Shown: in pieces, positions 8,756-16,543 of the stretch | Position numbering within the stretch: position 1 is the first letter of the stretch | Layout of the letters: each line of letters starts with the position of its first letter | Origin: Edaphobacter aggregans | GTDB taxonomy: Bacteria > Acidobacteriota > Terriglobia > Terriglobales > Acidobacteriaceae | Reading direction: 5' to 3' | Assembly (NCBI RefSeq): GCF_003945235.1 | Contig: NZ_RSDW01000001.1 | Location: 1,320,001-1,352,000 of the forward strand | DNA length: 32,000 bases | Notes under the pieces: model-generated | Told to the model about the DNA's origin: nothing | What the model saw: only the letters and a program-made list of their open reading frames with translations | Database searches by the model: none | Position numbers and translations under genes: made by a program

Positions 8756-9808
8756 ATGAACCGTTTGCGCGTAGCCATCGTTGCTGTTATCGCTCTGTCC
8801 GTTTGCGCGCCCGCATCGCGCGCGCAATTGGTGGACAAACCGAACACGGCACCTGCGAACGCGCAGCAAAATCTCCTCCAGCTACGCCAGATGATCGACC
8901 GGGGACACGCCGCCGAAGCCCTGAAACAGCTCGACACATTGGCCATGCAGCATCCCGTACCTGCGGGCGCTGATACAGTCAGGGGTTTGGCCCTTTATTC
9001 TCAGAATCGCTTCGTTGAAGCTGACGCCGCGTTTGCAAGCGCGTTGAAACTGGACGCACATGACGAAGAAGCAACACAGATGCGCGGGCTCACGTTGTTC
9101 CGTCTCGGTAAACCAACAGATGCGATCCCACTGCTCGAGGCGGAGCATAACTGGACGTCGCAGACGAAGGTCGACCCGAACTATGTGCTGGCGCTGTGTT
9201 ACCTTGATACGCGCCGTTACGACGACGCCAGGCATGCCTTTGCTATGCAGTATGGCTTTGGACCGGACTCGGCGTCGGCATACTTGCTCGCTGCGCGAAT
9301 GTTGTTGCGCCGGGAATATGTTCCGGTGGCACAGGCGTTTGCCAGAAAAGCGCTCGAACTTGATCCTCAACTTCCCCTCGCACATGCCCTGCTCGGTGAA
9401 GTTGCGCTCGCGGGTCAGCATCTCGACGATGCGATTGCGGAGTTTGAAAAAGAACGCACTCGCAATCCGCTAGATGGAGGCGTTTATGACCGACTGGGGG
9501 ATGCCTATACTCGCGCAGGAGACTATACGAAGGCGCAGCAAGCATTGCAGCAGGCTTTGCTCCTGGAGCCGAATTCGACTGGGCCATATATCTTGCTAGG
9601 CAAAGTACTACTGAAGCGGCAGGATCCCGTGGGCGCCGTCATGTATCTGGAACGAGCCGAAAAGATGGACCCCACTAATTACATGACACACAGTCTATTG
9701 GGACAGGCTTACCGAGCGTTAGGTAGAACAGAGGACGCCAGCCGAGAGACTCAAATGGCCCAGAAAATACAATCTGCAAGCGAACCAAAGATTGAGACGG
9801 TTCACTAA
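8756..9808 (+). CDS. Exported tetratricopeptide-repeat (TPR) protein, TBDR1-associated
   Basis: ORF 8441..9808, but the first 105 codons overlap the TBDR1 3' end and the terminator. ATG 8756 gives signal peptide MNRLRVAIVAVIALSVCAPASRAQ. Multiple TPR-like helical pairs (e.g. AFASALKLDAHDEEA, ARKALELDPQLPLAHALLGEVAL, QQALLLEPNSTGPYILLGKVLL, LERAEKMDPTNYMTHSLLGQAY). Confidence 0.8.
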   Translation: MNRLRVAIVAVIALSVCAPASRAQLVDKPNTAPANAQQNLLQLRQMIDRGHAAEALKQLDTLAMQHPVPAGADTVRGLALYSQNRFVEADAAFASALKLDAHDEEATQMRGLTLFRLGKPTDAIPLLEAEHNWTSQTKVDPNYVLALCYLDTRRYDDARHAFAMQYGFGPDSASAYLLAARMLLRREYVPVAQAFARKALELDPQLPLAHALLGEVALAGQHLDDAIAEFEKERTRNPLDGGVYDRLGDAYTRAGDYTKAQQALQQALLLEPNSTGPYILLGKVLLKRQDPVGAVMYLERAEKMDPTNYMTHSLLGQAYRALGRTEDASRETQMAQKIQSASEPKIETVH

Positions 9809-9837
9809 AGGCCATAAGACAAGTCCTGTTCTCCATC

Positions 9838-11061
9838 TCAGGGCTGTGTATTCCATCCCGGTCCTTTGAGCTTCAACTTGCTCACATGTATATCGTACCC
9901 GGTGCCAGGCAACAGCACCTCTAGTGCAAACAAGTCCGTCCCGCCCGCCTTTACCTCGCGGTAACGATACACTCCGACCTCGCCCTCAGTGTCTTCTCTC
10001 CCCCGCGAGGGAGCATCCAAAAAACGTTGCGCATCCGCAATGCTCGCCGTTCCGTGGGAGACGCCGCTACCCAACCCCTCCGCGGCATAAGACCTCACCA
10101 GCTTGGTCCAATACCGGGCAAGCAACTCCGTGTTGGAGAAGATATCAGCCCAAATGACCTCTCCGCGAACAGCCACCACTACCCCAACTGCATGTTCCTG
10201 CCGCAGTGTCGCCAGAGCCTGCTCGCGAGATTGGACCAAGCCCGCAGCCTCATCATCTACCTTTGCGCTTACGGCCTCCGTCTGCATCGCTTTGGCATAG
10301 CTTGTAGTTCCCAGGGCACTCCTGCCATCCATAAATACCGGCGCATTACCATGCATTGGTCCAGTTACAACCAGTCCACCAACAGTCACATTTGCATTTG
10401 CATCCACTGATGGTCGCGGACCTGCAACCACAGACATCGTCGAAATCGCTCCTCCAACAGAGTTCCACACTTGCTGCTGGTCCTTGGCCACCATCGCTTG
10501 CTGCCGGACGGACGGCTGCACCATAAAACTTCCCGTAGCGTTCTTCGCGGTCGTGCCGAACTTGGCCGAACTCTCCGTCCAGCGCCCATGTTCGATGCAG
10601 AATACGGACAGATCAATAGGATCCGCACCCGCCGGCACGATCCTGTCCTTCGCAATCACCCGATCCTGTTTGCCGCCCGTTACGATCTCTCCAGCGAGCA
10701 GCACCAATGGGCGCTTTGAGTTGTTCACCAGCACCAGCGTATTCACCTGGTCTCCTAAGTAGCGCCAAGGCGTCGCTGTCCCGCGAGATCGTACGAGGCC
10801 TTGCACCTTGCCTGCCTCTGTTACCTCCACCTCTCCACTCTTCAGACCTTCATCGAGAGTCAGAAACTGGTCTGCCGGCGACGCCTTCCCGTCCGTCCGC
10901 ACCACCGGGAACAGTGTCAGATCTCCGCTCTGAATCGGCTTCAAGACACGATATCCACCATCTATCCCCCCTGCCTCCACTCGCGTCCACTGTCCCGTCA
11001 TCAGGACAGCAATAACCACCATCAAGGCCGCACCTAACCGCACCGTTCGTGTTTTCCGCAT
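9838..11061 (-). CDS. Secreted or membrane-anchored hypothetical protein, ARPP-1 / DUF6569-like (tentative family assignment)
   Basis: ORF 9838..11088. Start placed at ATG 11061 (GGGAGGA 6 nt upstream), giving MRKTRTVRLGAALMVVIAVLMTG as signal or anchor. Two motifs match my memory of the ARPP-1/DUF6569 family: LLAGEIVTGGKQDRV...SVFCIEHGRW and the later GVVVAVRGEVIWADIFSNTELLARYWTKLVRSYAAEGL. Not verifiable here without an HMM search. Confidence 0.6.
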   Translation of the reverse strand: MRKTRTVRLGAALMVVIAVLMTGQWTRVEAGGIDGGYRVLKPIQSGDLTLFPVVRTDGKASPADQFLTLDEGLKSGEVEVTEAGKVQGLVRSRGTATPWRYLGDQVNTLVLVNNSKRPLVLLAGEIVTGGKQDRVIAKDRIVPAGADPIDLSVFCIEHGRWTESSAKFGTTAKNATGSFMVQPSVRQQAMVAKDQQQVWNSVGGAISTMSVVAGPRPSVDANANVTVGGLVVTGPMHGNAPVFMDGRSALGTTSYAKAMQTEAVSAKVDDEAAGLVQSREQALATLRQEHAVGVVVAVRGEVIWADIFSNTELLARYWTKLVRSYAAEGLGSGVSHGTASIADAQRFLDAPSRGREDTEGEVGVYRYREVKAGGTDLFALEVLLPGTGYDIHVSKLKLKGPGWNTQP

Positions 11062-11193
11062 CACAAATCCTCCCTGATCCAGCGCCATACGTTAGGCTTC
11101 AGACTTAAGAACGTGCGCTTCGAAATCTCTTGCATATTTTTTGAAGAAATTTTTCTTCGCCCTGCGTCCAAGCGACAGGAGTACCTTGAAGAC

Positions 11194-12168
11194 GTGGACA
11201 CGGTCTCTTCTCAGCCCGGCGAACTCACCATCTCTCTGCCGTCTGCGCGCTGCCCTGTCCCCTCGGAAAACATCTCATCCTCTCTCCCAGTCGAACTCGT
11301 CCGGGAGCTTTGGCTCGCTGCCTCTGCAGAATCATGCGACCTTACCCTCACCGAACTCGCTGCCGCACTCTATACCATCGGCGCAAAAAGCAATCATGGC
11401 CTACCTATAGAAGTCCGTCCAAACGCTGCTCAGAAGGCCACGTTTTTCCGAGCCCTTCGCTTGCCCGATCTGGCCCTTGCAAAAGCCTGCGCCCTCGGCC
11501 GAGAAGCTGCCTGGGAACGTTTTCTTATCCTCTATCGCGCTCCCATAACACAAGCCGCCATTGCCATCACAGGCTCCCCCACTCTTGGCCACGACCTCGC
11601 GGATTCCCTGTACTCCGAGCTGTTCGGCATCACCGAGCACAATGGACAGCGCCGCTCACCACTCGCCTCCTACTCAGGTCGCGGATCTCTGCTGGGCTGG
11701 CTCCGTACCATCCTGGCCCAGCGCCACATCGACCACCACCGGCGCACCTACCGTGAGACTCCTCTCGATATCAATGACGTCCCTGAGCCACCGCCTACTC
11801 CCACACCGCTCCCGGCAGAAATCAACCGGCTTGCGCAGGCAATCGCAAACACGCTGGAAACACTTCCATCCGAAGACCGATTTCTACTCGCCTCGTATTT
11901 TCTCGACGAGCAAACCCTGTTCCAGATCGCACGTATCCTCCACGTCCACGAGGCCACAGTCAGTCGTAAAATCAAACGCCTGACCACAAGCCTCCGCAAA
12001 CAGCTTCTCCGTAACCTCCAGTCAGGAGGTCTCAGCAAACGAGCAGCAGAGGAAGCGCTGGGCGCCGATCCACGCGACCTCGAATTAAACATCCGAACGC
12101 TGCTGCAAACTTCTCACTCCAAACCGTTCTCCAATAAGACCAGCCACGCAGAACCGGATCAACGATGA
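11194..12168 (+). CDS. Sigma-70 family (ECF-like) RNA polymerase sigma factor with a long N-terminal extension
   Basis: Region-2-like segment: REAAWERFLILYRAPITQAAIAITG...DLADSLYSELF...GRGSLLGWLRTILAQRHIDHHRR. Region-4 HTH: LPSEDRFLLASYFLDEQTLFQIARILHVHEATVSRKIKRLTTSLRKQL. The ORF track starts at GTG 11113, but 11113-11193 is AT-rich and promoter-like. The in-frame GTG at 11194 has AGGAG at 11177-11181. Either way about 90-115 aa precede region 2. Confidence 0.8.
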   Translation: MDTVSSQPGELTISLPSARCPVPSENISSSLPVELVRELWLAASAESCDLTLTELAAALYTIGAKSNHGLPIEVRPNAAQKATFFRALRLPDLALAKACALGREAAWERFLILYRAPITQAAIAITGSPTLGHDLADSLYSELFGITEHNGQRRSPLASYSGRGSLLGWLRTILAQRHIDHHRRTYRETPLDINDVPEPPPTPTPLPAEINRLAQAIANTLETLPSEDRFLLASYFLDEQTLFQIARILHVHEATVSRKIKRLTTSLRKQLLRNLQSGGLSKRAAEEALGADPRDLELNIRTLLQTSHSKPFSNKTSHAEPDQR

Positions 12169-13454
12169 GCACTTCACTCCAACCCGGCCAGCATCCCGAC
12201 GCAGACCAACTCAACTCGTTCGTCGAGAACGCTCTACCTCTCCACGAGCATCAGCAAACCCTCGCCCATCTCGCCATCTGCGCCACATGCCGCGAGATCG
12301 TCTATCTCTCCAAACTCTCTGACCTCGGCGAATTCGCAGCGTCTCAAGCAAGCGTTAAGCGCAAGCCGTGGTTTTCCGGCTGGCAGCTAGCATGGCCTGC
12401 GGCAGCTGCCCTGGCCTGCGGTGTCATCTTCGCTGTCCATCTCCACAACATCCGTATTAGCAACAACAAGACCGTCATTACCACTACAGCCGCAGATCCG
12501 AAGACGTCGCCAACTCTTCCCTCCCTAACGCCTCTAGCCGTTCCACAGCCTTCCCCACCAGATAAACTGAAACCAACGCCAGCCCGCACTCCGAACAGCT
12601 ACCCTGCCGGCACTCCCTCGGCCGCTGCTTTTGGCGCGGTAACAGAAGCAAGCACAGGAAGCCTCAACGGACCTTTACAAGCGCAGAGCGCGCCCGTTCT
12701 TTCCCTTCAGGACCACAACACCATATTCCTCCCACATACCGTCCCCGTTTCGACAACCGGATCGATGCATGGATCCGCCTTCAAATCCGCCGATCAGCCG
12801 GGCAGCGCAGAAAAGAAGGCAACTACGGGCTCCCTCACAAGCCCTATCGGTGGCCCCATACTCCGGGCAGACCAAGTCAACGCCGACGCCGTCAATCACC
12901 CTCCGCAAAAAACTGTCAGCCCCGTTGAGCTCCACAGCAATCAAGCCGACTTACCTACCCAACGCGCGTTTAGTCAGCGATATCGAACAGCAGCACCCGT
13001 GTCATCGGCGCCCTCGACTACCGCCATTGCCGGCACCAGTCAAACGGTCAATGTCAATGGGGCAATGACTACTGTCGATGTAACCCCCTCCGACCAACCT
13101 CTAACAGAGAATAGGCTGTCGCCTACACTGCCCAGCCACCTTCCGGTTCTCTCAATCGTTTCAAAAGCCCAGCAAATGCTTGCTCTCGATACCAGCGGCA
13201 CGCTCTTCTTCAGCAAAGATTTCGGCGTATCCTGGCAACCAGTTCCAGCACAATGGACAGGCCGCGCGCGAAAGCTACGCCTCACACCTCCTCCATCACA
13301 AGCGGTTGCTAAAGACCCCAACAGCAGTCCCACAGCTCACACCGGAGTCGTAGCCGGCACCATTGCACAATCACAGCTCTCAGTCTTCGAACTCACAATC
13401 GATACTGGCGCCATCTGGACCAGCACCGACGGACGAAGCTGGAAGCAAAAATAG
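12165..13454 (+). CDS. Anti-sigma factor: zf-HC2 motif, single TM helix, long Pro/Ser/Thr-rich linker, C-terminal domain with two Asp-box (BNR) motifs
   Basis: The ATGA overlap with the sigma stop (12165-12168) indicates translational coupling. H-x3-C-x2-C motif in HLAICATCREI. TM segment WQLAWPAAAALACGVIFAVHL. About 230 aa of low-complexity P/S/T/A-rich sequence. Asp-box-like SKDFGVSW (13212-13235) and STDGRSW (13422-13442). Confidence 0.75.
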   Translation: MSTSLQPGQHPDADQLNSFVENALPLHEHQQTLAHLAICATCREIVYLSKLSDLGEFAASQASVKRKPWFSGWQLAWPAAAALACGVIFAVHLHNIRISNNKTVITTTAADPKTSPTLPSLTPLAVPQPSPPDKLKPTPARTPNSYPAGTPSAAAFGAVTEASTGSLNGPLQAQSAPVLSLQDHNTIFLPHTVPVSTTGSMHGSAFKSADQPGSAEKKATTGSLTSPIGGPILRADQVNADAVNHPPQKTVSPVELHSNQADLPTQRAFSQRYRTAAPVSSAPSTTAIAGTSQTVNVNGAMTTVDVTPSDQPLTENRLSPTLPSHLPVLSIVSKAQQMLALDTSGTLFFSKDFGVSWQPVPAQWTGRARKLRLTPPPSQAVAKDPNSSPTAHTGVVAGTIAQSQLSVFELTIDTGAIWTSTDGRSWKQK

Positions 13455-13532
13455 CTCCTTCCGCAGATCTCACAGCGCAGGAGATAGGGAACACTAAGCA
13501 ATCTGGGGACTAGAATCTCACTGAGAGAACAA

Positions 13533-16523
13533 CTATCTGCTCAGCCCTTTGACGCGCGTCTCTACAGCGTAGAGTGAGCTGCGGGCTAGGATGAACAAAG
13601 TCTTACCGTCCTTGCCGCCAAAGACCAGATCGACGGGGCGGTCTGGAACTTCTATGGTATCGATGAGGCGGCCGGATGAGTTGTAGACATAGATCTGACC
13701 TGCGGCGATGTAAACATTACCCTCAGTATCCTGCGCAACACTTTCGCCTCCCTGCTCTGCAAAGAGCCGAGGCTTCGTGAGGGTGCCGTCTGATGCCACT
13801 GAGACTTCGTATGTCTTCTGCTCTGATTCATCAGAGACATAGAAAGGCTTTCCAGGAACGGCCTGTGCGAGACCGAAAGCGCGCAGTAGGTCTGCCATCT
13901 TAGTGCCGTAGTAGAGAGCCCCAGTAACAAAGTCCTCACCTGCTGGGATGAAGGTTGAACCATCCGCCGATATGTACTGATAAGGTTTTTGCACGGGAAC
14001 GGCTTCGGTAAAGTCATGTTCGTTACGCCAGTAGTTGACAGGGAGAACAGCACCCATCGAGGGTCTAGGCCCGGTGGCCTGCGGCTTGAGGAGTGTGATG
14101 TTTTCATCAGGAGAGTCGGGCGCAAAAGAATAGACCGTGCCGTTGCCGTCGTAGGAGACAACAATAAGATTGCCGGCTTTATCGAACGCGAGTTGAACTG
14201 GCGAGAGCGGGCTGTCGCGTACGATTGAAAGCCGGCGGGTATCGGGTGCCCAGCGATAGATGCGTTGCCAGCGGGGATCGACAAAGTAGAGCTGCCCGTC
14301 TTTATCTACTGCCGCGCCTGAGATGTTGTAGAAGCCGTCGTGAAGTTTTTCAACCTTTGCACCGACAGCGAGAACCGTGGAGGCAGGTTTAGGCTCCACG
14401 GCGATGGGGGCATTGTTGATGGTCAGGAAAGCAAATTCGCGGTTACGAACAAGCTCTGGGGCTGACGGATTGATAACAATGGCATTGTCGAAGGAGACCT
14501 TGTTGTCACCGTAGACGTGAATATTGCGAAAGCGGATGTTGTCCGAGTTTGATACTTCAATGGCATTCAGGAACGGCTGATAGCTGCTTACGACGCGATA
14601 GCTGTGGTAGTTGGCGATACTGATATTACTGGAGTTGTCGATGGAAAGCGGTAAGCAAAACGGCCCTTCGCCTCGTTCTTCCTCCGTCTGTAGCGCATAA
14701 ATTTGCCAGTTCGAGGCGTTCTTGAGCTTTACTTCGTTGCGAACATGGTGCTCGCTGGAGAATTCATAGATACGGCCTTCTGTAGAAGTATCAGAGATAT
14801 AAAGGCCGGCCTGCGCGAAGCTGCTTGGCGTCCAAATGTTTGCGAAGGTTCCGCCGCCGCCATCAGTGATCCAGAGGCTAGGATACTGACTGTCCCAACG
14901 GCGATTGATGTCGGTTTCGGCGGTGTGGGTGTTGTTATAGATGGTAGCGAAGGAGACGCCCGGGTAGTTCGTTCCGTGACCTCCAAGAAAGCGAACGTCA
15001 TCCATCAACGAATCTTTGCCAGCCATCCACTTCGCGCCGACCGCACGGGTATTGATGCCATTAGTGTAAAGACCAATGCCTGTAACGATATTGGTTCCAC
15101 CCTTCGGGCTCTCAAGGAGCGGCTTAGGAGAGCCAGGGCCTTGAAAGGCCGGCGTTGAGTCAGGGATATCAAGCTGAGTGGTCGTCGGATTGAGACCGAT
15201 CAATACGGTATCGGGCCTTAATGTAATCGTATCGGTTACGATATATCGACCTGACGGAATATAGATCGTACGATGTTCGGCAATTGCCTTTTTGATAACT
15301 GCCGTGTCATCAGTCGTGCCATCGCCTTTGGCCCCCAGCGACTGGAGGTTAACCCACGTATCCTCGGCCGGGAGAGCAGGAATATCGGACGACACAGCCA
15401 TGGGTAGACTAGTGAGCGCACTCTTTTCGTAGATTGTGCCGATTGCGGGCGTAGCGCCTGCATTCGCAAAGGTTAAACCGTGAGTGAAGGCTTTGACCTG
15501 GTAAATCTCTCCTGTCCCAGGAAGGTTTTTGCCGCTCTCACGAAAGGCTGCAAAGACAGGGACATGGCGGCAGGTGATGTTCTCGAGGTTAATCTCCGTG
15601 CGCGCGTTGTTCTCGTTGCTGATTGTTATAGCGGGGCCGGAAATATCTTCGAACTGAGAATCCTTGACCCAAAGTTCGTCAGCATAACCGGGGTCGATGG
15701 AGATGGCAGCAGGAACGTTTTTGATGTGGGTGCGGATGATAGTGAGACCTGCTTCGTGCTCCTTGATCGCAGCCTGCGTCTGGCCTTCGAAGGTGGCGTC
15801 GAGCAAAGTGAACTGCCAACCGGGTGAGGGCTTGCGCGTCATGATGCCGTATTTGCCGCCGTGGAAATGCAGGTCTTCTGCTTCATTGCCGACATCGTGC
15901 AAGCCAGCGAGGCCAGAGCCAATGTGGAAGTCCATGTGAGCCAGGTAACAGTGCTGCGCGACGTGGAATCGGATTCCAACCGCGGCAGGATTGCCGTCCT
16001 GAATTTCGAGGTCGACATTGCTCATCGCCGAGTAGAATGTCCCAGGATTGGCGTCGGGAATATTCGGCGTTGGTGGAACGATTCCCTGCTGCAGTCCGGG
16101 GCGTACGCGGCTACCGGGAGGGCGATTGCCGCCGGGGCGGCCACCAGCAAAGAGCAGCATATAACCGATTCCCTGCTGGTAGCCTGGAGTGTCTTTGCCG
16201 AGAACAATGACGGGGCGGCTTTTGCCATATCCGATAAGACGAATTCCAGGCCAGACGATGAGGGTCTTGCTGATGCGATAGCGCCCTTCGGGCAGGAAGA
16301 CGATTCCCTGCACTGTCGTCTCCTGGACTTTATTGATAGCGTTCTGAATGGCGTCTGTGTCATCGCCAACGCCATCGCCATGAAGGCCCGAATCAGACTT
16401 GGAGAGGTAGATCGCTTTCGAGTCGTCGGGGCGAAGCGTGTAGAACGAAGCGGCCCACAAAGGAGTTACACAGAATGTTGCAAGGATACCTGCTGCCAAC
16501 TTTATAGACGATCTCGACTTCAT
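13533..16523 (-). CDS. Exported 996-aa fusion: two tandem right-handed beta-helix (Pectate_lyase_3 / GH55-like) domains plus a C-terminal SMP-30/gluconolactonase/LRE-like six-blade propeller
   Basis: Signal peptide MKSRSSIKLAAGILATFCVTPLWAASF. The beta-helix N-cap motif occurs twice: GDGVGDDTDAIQNAINK...VFLPEGRYRIS and GAKGDGTTDDTAVIKKAIAEHRTIYIPSGRYIV. The C-terminal ~280 aa (approx 13536-14380) shows six blade-like DG/GN motifs and the typical propeller ending VDLVFGGKDGKTLFILARSSLYAV. The GH55 assignment is inferred from the tandem arrangement. Confidence 0.72.
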   Translation of the reverse strand: MKSRSSIKLAAGILATFCVTPLWAASFYTLRPDDSKAIYLSKSDSGLHGDGVGDDTDAIQNAINKVQETTVQGIVFLPEGRYRISKTLIVWPGIRLIGYGKSRPVIVLGKDTPGYQQGIGYMLLFAGGRPGGNRPPGSRVRPGLQQGIVPPTPNIPDANPGTFYSAMSNVDLEIQDGNPAAVGIRFHVAQHCYLAHMDFHIGSGLAGLHDVGNEAEDLHFHGGKYGIMTRKPSPGWQFTLLDATFEGQTQAAIKEHEAGLTIIRTHIKNVPAAISIDPGYADELWVKDSQFEDISGPAITISNENNARTEINLENITCRHVPVFAAFRESGKNLPGTGEIYQVKAFTHGLTFANAGATPAIGTIYEKSALTSLPMAVSSDIPALPAEDTWVNLQSLGAKGDGTTDDTAVIKKAIAEHRTIYIPSGRYIVTDTITLRPDTVLIGLNPTTTQLDIPDSTPAFQGPGSPKPLLESPKGGTNIVTGIGLYTNGINTRAVGAKWMAGKDSLMDDVRFLGGHGTNYPGVSFATIYNNTHTAETDINRRWDSQYPSLWITDGGGGTFANIWTPSSFAQAGLYISDTSTEGRIYEFSSEHHVRNEVKLKNASNWQIYALQTEEERGEGPFCLPLSIDNSSNISIANYHSYRVVSSYQPFLNAIEVSNSDNIRFRNIHVYGDNKVSFDNAIVINPSAPELVRNREFAFLTINNAPIAVEPKPASTVLAVGAKVEKLHDGFYNISGAAVDKDGQLYFVDPRWQRIYRWAPDTRRLSIVRDSPLSPVQLAFDKAGNLIVVSYDGNGTVYSFAPDSPDENITLLKPQATGPRPSMGAVLPVNYWRNEHDFTEAVPVQKPYQYISADGSTFIPAGEDFVTGALYYGTKMADLLRAFGLAQAVPGKPFYVSDESEQKTYEVSVASDGTLTKPRLFAEQGGESVAQDTEGNVYIAAGQIYVYNSSGRLIDTIEVPDRPVDLVFGGKDGKTLFILARSSLYAVETRVKGLSR

Positions 16524-16543
16524 GCTTGCCCCTTGTTTTCCTG

